Below, in pieces: positions 10,684 through 18,190 of a DNA stretch of 64,000 bases. Numbering within the stretch: position 1 is the first letter of the stretch; the number at the start of each line of letters is the position of its first letter. The translations under genes and the position numbers were made by a program. The notes beneath the pieces are model-generated. The model was not told where the DNA came from. It searched no databases and worked only from the letters and a program-made list of their open reading frames with translations. Source of the DNA: an uncultured cyanobacterium (GTDB lineage: Bacteria > Cyanobacteriota > Cyanobacteriia > CAKZMO01); NCBI GenBank assembly GCA_963719515.1, contig CAVRCJ010000003.1, positions 640,001 to 704,000 of the forward strand, in the 5' to 3' direction.

Positions 10684-13362
10684 TCAATCCAGCGTGTATT
10701 CGCAATACTGCTGGATCAGCTTGGCCACCAGCGCGGTCCACCCGGTTTGGTGGCTCGCCCCAATGCCTGCGCCGTTGTCCCCATGAAAATATTCATGGAA
10801 GAGCACCAAATCCTTCCAGTGGGGGTCAGACTGCAGCATCTCGATGCCGCCGTAGGTAGGCCGGCGACCTGACGCATCCGGCTCAAAGATCTTGATCAAC
10901 CGGTGAGATAGCTCCGTTGCCACCTCCCACAGGGTCAGCCAATTTCCCGACCCGGTGGGGCACTCCACTTTGTAGTCATCCCCCGCGTAGAAATGGAACT
11001 TTTGCAGAGACTCGATCAGTAAATAGTTCACCGGAAACCATACGGGACCGCGCCAGTTGGAGTTGCCGCCAAACATCCCTGAGCTAGACTCGGCGGGCTC
11101 GTAGCCTACCCGATACTCTTCACCGTCGTATTCGAACACGTAGGGGTTTTGGGCATGGAAGCGAGACAGGGCGCGGATGCCGTAGTCACCGAAGAACTCA
11201 TCTTCATCTAGCATTCTGCTCAGCACCCGGCGGAAGCGATCGCTCTCCACGAATTCGTCGGGAGACAAATAGGTGAGGGCCAACAGGCGACGGGCCTCTT
11301 GCCCCTCGGTCTCCATACAGGCCACGTTCTTCTTCAGCTGGGGGCGGTTTTCAATAAACCACTCCAGCCGCTGCTTGAAGTTAGGCAGCTTGTCTATCGT
11401 GTCGGGCTCTAAGATGGCGATCGCAAACAGCGGAATCAGCCCCACAATAGAGCGAATTTTCAGCGGCATCTTGTCGCCACTCGGTAGGTTGAGCACATCG
11501 TAGTAGAAGCCATCTTCCTCGTCCCACAGCCGGCTGCTTCCCCCCCCAACGTGGTTCATCGCCTCAGCGATATAGAGAAAATGCTCGAAGAACTTAGTGG
11601 CCATGTCTTCATACACGGGGTTCTCTAGGGCTAGCTCTAGGGCAATGGTCAGCATATTGAGGCAGTACATCCCCATCCAGCTCGTGCCGTCTGCCTGCTC
11701 CATGTAGCCCCCGGTGGGCAGGGTAGCGCTGCGGTCAAACACCCCAATGTTGTCCAGCCCTAGAAAGCCACCCTCAAAGGCATTGTTGCCGTCGGCATCT
11801 TTACGGTTCACCCACCAGGTGAAGTTGAGGAGCAGCTTTTGAAACACCCGCTCTAGGAACTGGCGATCGCCCTTGCCGGTGAGCTTACGGTCAATTTGAT
11901 ACACGCGCCAGGTCGCCCAAGCATGTACCGGCGGATTCACATCCCCAAAGGCCCATTCGTAGGCCGGGAGCTGACCGTTGGGATGCATGTACCACTCGCG
12001 GGTCATAATATCCAACTGATCTTTAGCGAACTCCGCATCAATGAGGGCGAGAGGAAGACAGTGGAAGGCCGTATCCCAGGCGGCAAACCAGGGATACTCC
12101 CACTTGTCCGGCATGGAAATTACATCATCTGCATGCAGATGAATCCACTCGCTGTTGCGGCCCTCCTCGCGGGGCTTGGGGGGCTCAGGCCTGTCCGGGT
12201 CTCCGTCCAGCCAGTCTTCCACCACGTAGTGATAGCACTGCTTGGTCCACATCAGCCCTGCGAAGGCCTGCCTCTGGACATTTTCTAGTTCACCGCGCAC
12301 TGAGTCAGGCGTAATGGTGTCGTAAAATTCGTCGGCTTCGGCGATGCGAGCTTCAAATATGTTGCGTACGGCATCCCCCAGAGGCTCCTCCAGCGACTCG
12401 TTGTCCGTCAGCCGCAGGTAAACAATCTGGGAGGCTCCGGACTCTAGGGTGAGCTTGTAGTGGGGCGAAACTTTACTGCCCGAATTGTTTGGGCTAACGG
12501 CGCTCTCATCCCCCTGTACAACGTAGTTGTTGATGCCGTCTTTGACGTAGGGGGATGCATTCTCGCCGTCAAACAGCCGCCGGAAGTTCGTCTCGTTTTC
12601 GGTGAACAGCAGGGACGGGGTGCCATCGCAGTGCAGCCAGCGGGTGCCTAGCGTTGGATGGGTCGCCTCTAGCGTCGTGAAGCCTTCGCACTGCCTGGCC
12701 TTCTTAACCGCCGGCTTCTCTGTTTCGTAGCCCCAAGACCAGATGTTGCGGAACCACAGCGTTGGCAGCAGGTGCAGGGTATGGGCCTCGGGTCCCCGGT
12801 TGGTGACAGTGATGCGGATGGCGATATCTTCGTTAGTTTCCTTGGCATATTCCACAGCCACGTCGTAGTAGCGGCTCTCGTCAAATATGCCGGTGTCCAG
12901 CAGCTCGTACTCCATGCCCTCCCGGCCACGCTGCTGATTCCCATTGAGCAGATCCTCATAGGGAAACGCCCGCTGGGGATACTTATATAGCCCCTTCATG
13001 TAGGAGTGGGTGGGGGTGCTGTCGAGGTAGAAGTAATACTCTTTGACGTCCTCCCCGTGGTTGCCTTGGGGGCCCGTCAGACCGTACAGCCGCTCTTTGA
13101 GGATGGGATCTTCGCCGTTCCACAGGGCCACGGCAAAGCAAAGCCGCTGGTGGGTATCGGAAATACCCATGATGCCATCCTCACCCCAGCGGTAGGCCCG
13201 CGACCTAGCCTGGTCGTGGGGAAAGTAGTCCCAGGCTGACCCGTGGGCGCTGTAGTCTTCCCGCACGGTGCCCCACTGGCGATCGCTGAGGTAAGGGCCC
13301 CATCGCTTCCAGTGCACGAGCCGCTGATTGGAGTCTTCCAGTCGCTGGTGTTCGGGTGTCAT
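10684..13362 (-). CDS. MGH1-like glycoside hydrolase (GH63-type glucosidase)
   Basis: [51 protein letters not shown]. Confidence 0.9.
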   Translation of the reverse strand: MTPEHQRLEDSNQRLVHWKRWGPYLSDRQWGTVREDYSAHGSAWDYFPHDQARSRAYRWGEDGIMGISDTHQRLCFAVALWNGEDPILKERLYGLTGPQGNHGEDVKEYYFYLDSTPTHSYMKGLYKYPQRAFPYEDLLNGNQQRGREGMEYELLDTGIFDESRYYDVAVEYAKETNEDIAIRITVTNRGPEAHTLHLLPTLWFRNIWSWGYETEKPAVKKARQCEGFTTLEATHPTLGTRWLHCDGTPSLLFTENETNFRRLFDGENASPYVKDGINNYVVQGDESAVSPNNSGSKVSPHYKLTLESGASQIVYLRLTDNESLEEPLGDAVRNIFEARIAEADEFYDTITPDSVRGELENVQRQAFAGLMWTKQCYHYVVEDWLDGDPDRPEPPKPREEGRNSEWIHLHADDVISMPDKWEYPWFAAWDTAFHCLPLALIDAEFAKDQLDIMTREWYMHPNGQLPAYEWAFGDVNPPVHAWATWRVYQIDRKLTGKGDRQFLERVFQKLLLNFTWWVNRKDADGNNAFEGGFLGLDNIGVFDRSATLPTGGYMEQADGTSWMGMYCLNMLTIALELALENPVYEDMATKFFEHFLYIAEAMNHVGGGSSRLWDEEDGFYYDVLNLPSGDKMPLKIRSIVGLIPLFAIAILEPDTIDKLPNFKQRLEWFIENRPQLKKNVACMETEGQEARRLLALTYLSPDEFVESDRFRRVLSRMLDEDEFFGDYGIRALSRFHAQNPYVFEYDGEEYRVGYEPAESSSGMFGGNSNWRGPVWFPVNYLLIESLQKFHFYAGDDYKVECPTGSGNWLTLWEVATELSHRLIKIFEPDASGRRPTYGGIEMLQSDPHWKDLVLFHEYFHGDNGAGIGASHQTGWTALVAKLIQQYCEYTLD

Positions 13363-13406
13363 GGCTGAATGGCTATCAAAGGACGTCGGGCCTCAGTTAG
13401 GATAAC

Positions 13407-13482
13407 CCTAAGAGACCGACATTAAGCTAACCTAAACGACGTCAGAAATCACCTGCCACACCCGCAAAATTTCCGCCACGCT
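13407..13482 (-). repeat. diverged direct-repeat copy of the 3' end of the amylo-alpha-1,6-glucosidase gene (partner 21859-21934)
   Basis: Ungapped 76-bp alignment, 59/76 identical by hand; reads SVAEILRVWQVISDVV* versus SVAEILRVWRAISEGI*. Confidence 0.85.
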
Positions 13483-13800
13483 GGCCCTCACCCCCGGCCC
13501 CTCTCTCAACGCTGATACCGCTGGCGAATTTCATGTCTTGTTACATCTCGGCTATTTCCTGCCCCGGAGAAGGCCCCCTAAATCCCCCAATTCTGGGGGA
13601 CTTCAGAGAGGTTAGAACTCCTTAAAGTCAATAGCCGCGAATAGTATGGCCACTGCTCCGGTTCCCCCAGAATTGGGGGTTAGGGGGCCTCGAAGGCGTA
13701 CAGCTCGATTACGAAATATTTCGCCAGTGGTATCAACGCTGGGAGAGGGGAGTCTGATTCCCTCCCCTCGGAATTGAGGGAAGGGCTAGGGATGAGAGCC
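13483..13800. repeat. REP-like palindromic element interrupted by a MITE-like insert
   Basis: GGCCCTCACCCCCGGCCCCTCTCTC...GGGAGAGGGG...CTCCCCTC...GGGAAGGGCTAGGGATGAGAGCC arms. Confidence 0.7.
13514..13734. mobile_element. 221-bp MITE-like insertion with 15-bp TIRs and 6-bp target duplication
   Basis: GATACCGCTGGCGAA / TTCGCCAGTGGTATC (14/15 inverted match); AACGCT at 13508-13513 and 13735-13740; inner palindrome AGGCCCCCTAAATCCCCCAATTCTGGGGGA..TCCCCCAGAATTGGGGGTTAGGGGGCCT. Confidence 0.75.
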
Positions 13801-13941
13801 TCCCATGGCGCTAAACGGTTACCAGGGGAAACGCCTAGACGAGGTTTATTCGTCAGGGGTCTATAATTTGAGCAGATAAGGATGGCTCGCTAGAGTAATG
13901 AAGAAAGGGCTGGCCTCAGAAGAAGGTAAAACTTAAGGCCT

Positions 13942-14337
13942 ATGGAACCGCTCCCTATGATTCAAATTACCTTCGGACTCAGCAACGCCGACGAGGGCGA
14001 TCGCCTCCGGTTTTCCAAGCAGGTGCTGCCAGAGCTGCGGGACTTGGACGAAGTGCAGCGGGCCGACCGCACCGAGGTGATGGCGGCGGAAGACGGCGTC
14101 AAGGGCTTTGAAACCCTGCTGGGCTTTTTGACGGCGGAGGTGACGCGGGAGAGCCTAACGGAATTCCTCAAATGGATGGGCGATCGCTTTGCGGATAAGA
14201 CCCTGAAGGTGGCGGTTAAAGTAGGGGAGAAGGAAATCGAGCTAGAGGCGACGAGCCGCAAAGAGCTGGATGACCTGGAGCAGCGGGCCACCCGGCTGCT
14301 GGCGGCAATGGATACCGGCAGTTCCGAAGCCTCGTAG
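13942..14337 (+). CDS. small protein, EACC1-like effector-associated constant component
   Basis: 131 aa, ELRDLDEV..GVKG + hydrophobic helix + VKVGEKEIEL; directly upstream of a caspase gene; family call from recalled pattern, not a search. Confidence 0.55.
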   Translation: MEPLPMIQITFGLSNADEGDRLRFSKQVLPELRDLDEVQRADRTEVMAAEDGVKGFETLLGFLTAEVTRESLTEFLKWMGDRFADKTLKVAVKVGEKEIELEATSRKELDDLEQRATRLLAAMDTGSSEAS

Positions 14338-14383
14338 GGTGGGTCCTGACCCACCACCAACCCGTTAGATACCCACCAAATCT

Positions 14384-16498
14384 GTGCCCAGAAAATTAGC
14401 CCTATTGATCGGCGTCAGCGACTATGGCGAGGGATTTGATCCCTTAAGTGCTCCCGTCAAAGACGTTGCCGCCCTGCAGCGGGTGCTGGCAAATCCCGAG
14501 ATGGGTCACTTTGACGAAGTCAAAACCCTGACTAACCCTGGCTTGGTAGAAATGCGGCGGGAAATTGGCACCCTGTTTTCCACCTCCCAAAAAGACGACC
14601 TGGTGCTGCTGTTCTTCTCCGGCCACGGCGTCACCGATGACGACTATCGGCTGTACCTGACCACAAAGGCATCCGCCAAAGATACGTTTAAGTTCGACTC
14701 CTTAGAGGCCAGCTACATCCAAAACTTTTCCGACAGCGCTTGCGCCAAGCGGCAAGTGATTATTTTGGACTGCTGCTACAGCGGCGCGTTTGCCGGGGGG
14801 TGGCAGCCCAAGGGGGCGGAGGTAAAGCTGGAGCTAGAGCGGGAGCTGGGCAAGGAGGGGCGGGTAGTGTTGACGTCGTCCTCTTCGACGCAGGTGTCGT
14901 TTCAGCAGGAGGATGGGGAGCTATCGCTGTATACCCAGTATTTGGTGGAGGGAATTGAGACGGGGGCGGCGGATAAGGACAAGGATGGGGCGATTCGGGT
15001 GCGGGAGCTGCACGAGTACGCGAAGCGGAAGGTGCAGGAGGTGAAGCCGAAGCTGAAGCCGGACATTATTGTGGCGGATGATGAGGGCTATGATATTGTG
15101 CTGAGCCGGGTGAAGCTGGATGCAGCGCTGCGATTTCGGCGGGAGGTGGAGAAGCGGGTTGACCATGAGCGTGGGGAGATTTTAGATATTGACCAGGAGA
15201 CGCTGCAGGTGAAGGCGCAGCGTCTAAATTTGCCCGCTGAGAAGGTCAAGGAAATTATCGACAGCGTACTGGAACCATCGCGGCGCAGGTTGCGGAATTT
15301 GGAGCGGTATCGGCAGAAGTACGAAGAGTATGCCGAGCGGGGCTATCCGTTGAGCGAGCGGGTAATGGAGAGCCTGCGGGACTGGCAGCAGGAGGTGCTG
15401 GGGCTAGAGGACAACGATGTTGCAGGGATTCAGCGGCAAGCTCACCAGCGATATGCGCGAAGTGAACAGGTTAAGGAAGAAGTTGATAATTCCAATTTCC
15501 TCACTTCTCTGACAGCAGATGAGGCAGCGGGAAGACGGCCCACGGCTCCGCCTCAAGTTGATACGGCTTACAAATTTGAGCAGATACTACCTGAACCAAA
15601 TACAACCGACAAACAAGGCAGGCTTGAACAACCGCTGACCACTTTCAGCTTTCAGACCGCTAGAATCACAGGCTGTCAGAAGCAGGGAGGGTTCCTTGGC
15701 GTAGGCGGTGAAGTTGTCTGCGATATTAGACGCGAAACGAAGACAGCACAGGGATTTGTTGAGGGCTTGGGCAACGGCGCGACGCTGGAACTAGTGCAGA
15801 TTCCGGCTGGGCGATTTGTAATGGGCTCGCCAGCAAAAGAGGCCACCTACGGTGATGAGAAGCCTCAGCACGCGGTTAGAGTGCCGCCATTTCTCATAGG
15901 CAAGTTCGTGGTGACTCAGGCTCAATGTGAGGCTGTGATGGGTACTAATCCAGCAGTCCAATACAATGCTGACCATTTTGTAGCGCCTGATAAACCCGTT
16001 GTGGGCGTGAGCTGGAATGACGCGATCGCTTTTTGCGAAAAGCTGTCTCAGCAGACTGGTCGAATGTATCGATTGCCGAGTGAGGCGCAATGGGAGTATG
16101 CCTGCCGGGCTGGAACCGAGACGCCGTTCTACTTTGGAGAGACGCTGACAGTGGCGATCGCAAACTATGACGCTAGCCAAACTTACGGCAGCGGACCAAA
16201 AGGTGAATATCTAAAAAAGACAAAGGCGGTAGGATCTTTCCCTACCAACGCCTTTGGCCTGTTTGATATGCATGGCAATGTCTGGGAATGGTGCCAAGAC
16301 CACTGGCATGGAAACTATAGGGGCGCACCCGCTGATGGAAGCGCCTGGATCGCAGGTGGAGACAGCGATAAACGTGTTCTACGCGGCGGTTCCTGGTTCA
16401 ATCTTCCGATCTTTTGCCGTTCGGCGAATCGGAACAGGAACGCCCCCGGCTACCTCGGCTACGGGATGGGTTTCCGGGTGTGTGTGGCGTCGGCGTGA
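14384..16498 (+). CDS. caspase-family (peptidase C14) protease fused to a C-terminal FGE-sulfatase/CLec domain; DGR target protein
   Basis: ALLIGVSDY, FSGHG and LDCCYSG dyad; YRLPSEAQWEYACRAG, NAFGLFDMHGNVWEWC, RVLRGGSW..GFRV. Confidence 0.92.
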   Translation: MPRKLALLIGVSDYGEGFDPLSAPVKDVAALQRVLANPEMGHFDEVKTLTNPGLVEMRREIGTLFSTSQKDDLVLLFFSGHGVTDDDYRLYLTTKASAKDTFKFDSLEASYIQNFSDSACAKRQVIILDCCYSGAFAGGWQPKGAEVKLELERELGKEGRVVLTSSSSTQVSFQQEDGELSLYTQYLVEGIETGAADKDKDGAIRVRELHEYAKRKVQEVKPKLKPDIIVADDEGYDIVLSRVKLDAALRFRREVEKRVDHERGEILDIDQETLQVKAQRLNLPAEKVKEIIDSVLEPSRRRLRNLERYRQKYEEYAERGYPLSERVMESLRDWQQEVLGLEDNDVAGIQRQAHQRYARSEQVKEEVDNSNFLTSLTADEAAGRRPTAPPQVDTAYKFEQILPEPNTTDKQGRLEQPLTTFSFQTARITGCQKQGGFLGVGGEVVCDIRRETKTAQGFVEGLGNGATLELVQIPAGRFVMGSPAKEATYGDEKPQHAVRVPPFLIGKFVVTQAQCEAVMGTNPAVQYNADHFVAPDKPVVGVSWNDAIAFCEKLSQQTGRMYRLPSEAQWEYACRAGTETPFYFGETLTVAIANYDASQTYGSGPKGEYLKKTKAVGSFPTNAFGLFDMHGNVWEWCQDHWHGNYRGAPADGSAWIAGGDSDKRVLRGGSWFNLPIFCRSANRNRNAPGYLGYGMGFRVCVASA

Positions 16499-16499
16499 G
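16381..16499 (+). repeat. DGR variable repeat (VR)
   Basis: 119-nt ungapped match to 16664-16782 with 17 mismatches, 12 at TR adenines; forms the last 39 codons of the CDS. Confidence 0.92.
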
Positions 16500-16663
16500 G
16501 ACCTTGCCCTTTGCGCCTTTTCCCTCTTGCCCTCTGTTCCGCACTTAGCGCGGCGAAAAATTTTTCCTTTGGTACTACCTGACCGCGTTTGTAACGAACG
16601 AAGCAACATTAGCCCCCTGCCACCGATGGGCATGGTATATCCCTATGTGGGGCAGGCATTAAA

Positions 16664-16782
16664 ACGCGGCGGTTCCTGGTACAACCATCCGATCAATTGC
16701 CGTTCGGCGAATCGGAACAGGAACACCCCCGGCAACATCAACAACAATGTGGGGTTCCGGGTGTGTGCGGCGTCGGCGTGAG
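16664..16782 (+). ncRNA. DGR template repeat (TR)
   Basis: AAC/AAT-rich copy of the VR (TACAACCAT, ATCAAT, GGCAACATCAACAACAAT) outside any credible CDS. Confidence 0.9.
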
Positions 16783-16930
16783 CACTCCCAACGGCCAGAA
16801 TCGGTAGAAGGGATTCTATCGAGCGTGTGACTGGGAGTCCAGACCTGCTCCGGCGAGGGCAGAAATGCTTTCCGAAAATAAAACAGGGCCAGGTCATTGG
16901 TAGGGAAACCGAAGATTATCTGGCCCCCCA
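16783..16930 (+). ncRNA. putative structured 3' spacer of the DGR RNA
   Basis: Non-coding and hairpin-rich (ACTCCCA..TGGGAGT, TCGGTAGAA..TTCTATCGA, GGGCCAGG..TCTGGCCC); lies where the TR-RT spacer normally is. Confidence 0.5.
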
Positions 16931-17093
16931 GCTAGACAGACCCTAGATCCCTGGAATCTGGTAAGGCTTCGCAAAGCGTCATCCTTGGCCGCTCAGGTAT
17001 CACCGTTGCCCCGTGAGATGTTACCACCGACAGTTGAAGTCTCGCCGCCGACAGATAAACTCTTTCGGGCGAAACGACGGTTAGCGGCGTAGA

Positions 17094-17204
17094 GGCAATC
17101 GCTGCCTAGCCGACGACGAGCGCCTGGCACAGATGCAGCAAGAGAAGGAGGTGCTGTTGGCGAAACTCCGCTCCCTCGGCATCAACCCAGAAGAGCTGCA
17201 ATAG
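17094..17204 (+). pseudogene. orphan C-terminal fragment resembling the tail of cyanobacterial Uma2-family endonucleases
   Basis: GNRCLADDERLAQMQQEKEVLLAKLRSLGINPEELQ* with an in-frame stop just upstream. Confidence 0.55.
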
Positions 17205-17232
17205 CCTGCCCACCAGCGATCGCCCAAACCTT

Positions 17233-17583
17233 TTACCGGATAGGTCGCTGCTGCACCAGGTAGCTGAGCACCTGACCGTGGGCCGGGGTAATATGGATGC
17301 CGCGATCGCCAATGGTAATCATCGGAGTCCAGTAGTGGCGCTCCACGTAATCCAGCAGGTGCAGGCGGGCTATAGCGTCCTGCACGCCGACCGGGGAGCC
17401 AATCAAGAGGTGCCGTAAGTGCTCGCATCCTGGCGCGGGGGATGGTTCTACCAACGTGGGGATATGAGGATCGGCTTCCATAGGCGAATCTAGCCGTGCG
17501 GCGCGGTCTGCCGCGAGCTGTTGGCGTACGGCGAGCTGGGCAGCCTCTTGAACCAAGGGCAGCCGAGGATATTGGATTGTCAT
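17233..17583 (-). CDS. small hypothetical protein, HxxIGSP family copy 1 (start MTIQYP at 17583)
   Basis: LRHLLIGSP..AIARLHLLDYVERHYWT..GIHITPAHGQVLSYL shared with 46166-46450 and 57812-58243; GGAG SD. Confidence 0.75.
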   Translation of the reverse strand: MTIQYPRLPLVQEAAQLAVRQQLAADRAARLDSPMEADPHIPTLVEPSPAPGCEHLRHLLIGSPVGVQDAIARLHLLDYVERHYWTPMITIGDRGIHITPAHGQVLSYLVQQRPIR

Positions 17584-17772
17584 GAGGGACTCCATTTGTG
17601 TTGTTTTGGAGTCCCCCAAAGAATCTGGACATTCCAGACGTGATAAGGGCTCGGTATGACTCAGGTACAATCGCACAAGGTCATCCAAACAGCTTGCTCT
17701 GTTCTGGTGGCTCAGGGGCTGCATGTTGTTCGTAGCAACATGCGGCTCCGCCAGACCGACTCTTTGGGAGAC
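17584..17772 (-). ncRNA. structured leader RNA, copy 1
   Basis: 15-bp closing stem 17758-17772 / 17611-17625 with two G-U pairs; internal hairpins; alternative 9-bp SD-sequestering hairpin 17586-17615. Confidence 0.6.
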
Positions 17773-17887
17773 TAGAACCATGAGGACCACGGCTCATAGC
17801 TCACTAAGGTAGATCATTTATGCGCTGATGGCAAGGGGCACGTAGCGTTTTTAGCGAGGGGGCTGGCTGGCGAGGGCGGCGGGATAA

Positions 17888-18181
17888 GCGATCGCCATTC
17901 TCCAACGAGTGCTAATTACTCTCGAACAAGCGATCGCCACTCTCCAGTGAGTCATTGCCACTCTCGCACGGATGATCATCACTCTCCCACGAGCGATCGC
18001 TAGTCTCCAACGAGTGGGCATTACTCTCGCAGGAGCGATCGCCACTCTCTGCCAAGCGATTGCCACGTTCCGACGAGTCATTATGGCTCTCGCACGAGTA
18101 ATCGCCACACTTCCACGAGCAATGGCCACGCTCTGACGAGTGATCAGGACTCTCACACGAGCGATCGCCAGTCTCCTACAG
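17888..18181. repeat. tandem array of 14 degenerate 21-bp units
   Basis: Exact 21-bp period with no indels; consensus about GCGATCGCCACTCTCCNACGA. Confidence 0.9.
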
Positions 18182-18190
18182 GTAACAGCT

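Noticed and set aside
16254..16781. 175-aa ORF ending in RGGSW...NNNVGFRV
   Set aside because: It is the TR read in frame plus an off-frame overlap with the target gene, not a credible protein.
17888..18181. CRISPR array
   Set aside because: No constant repeat with unique spacers and no cas genes; it is a contiguous 21-bp tandem repeat.
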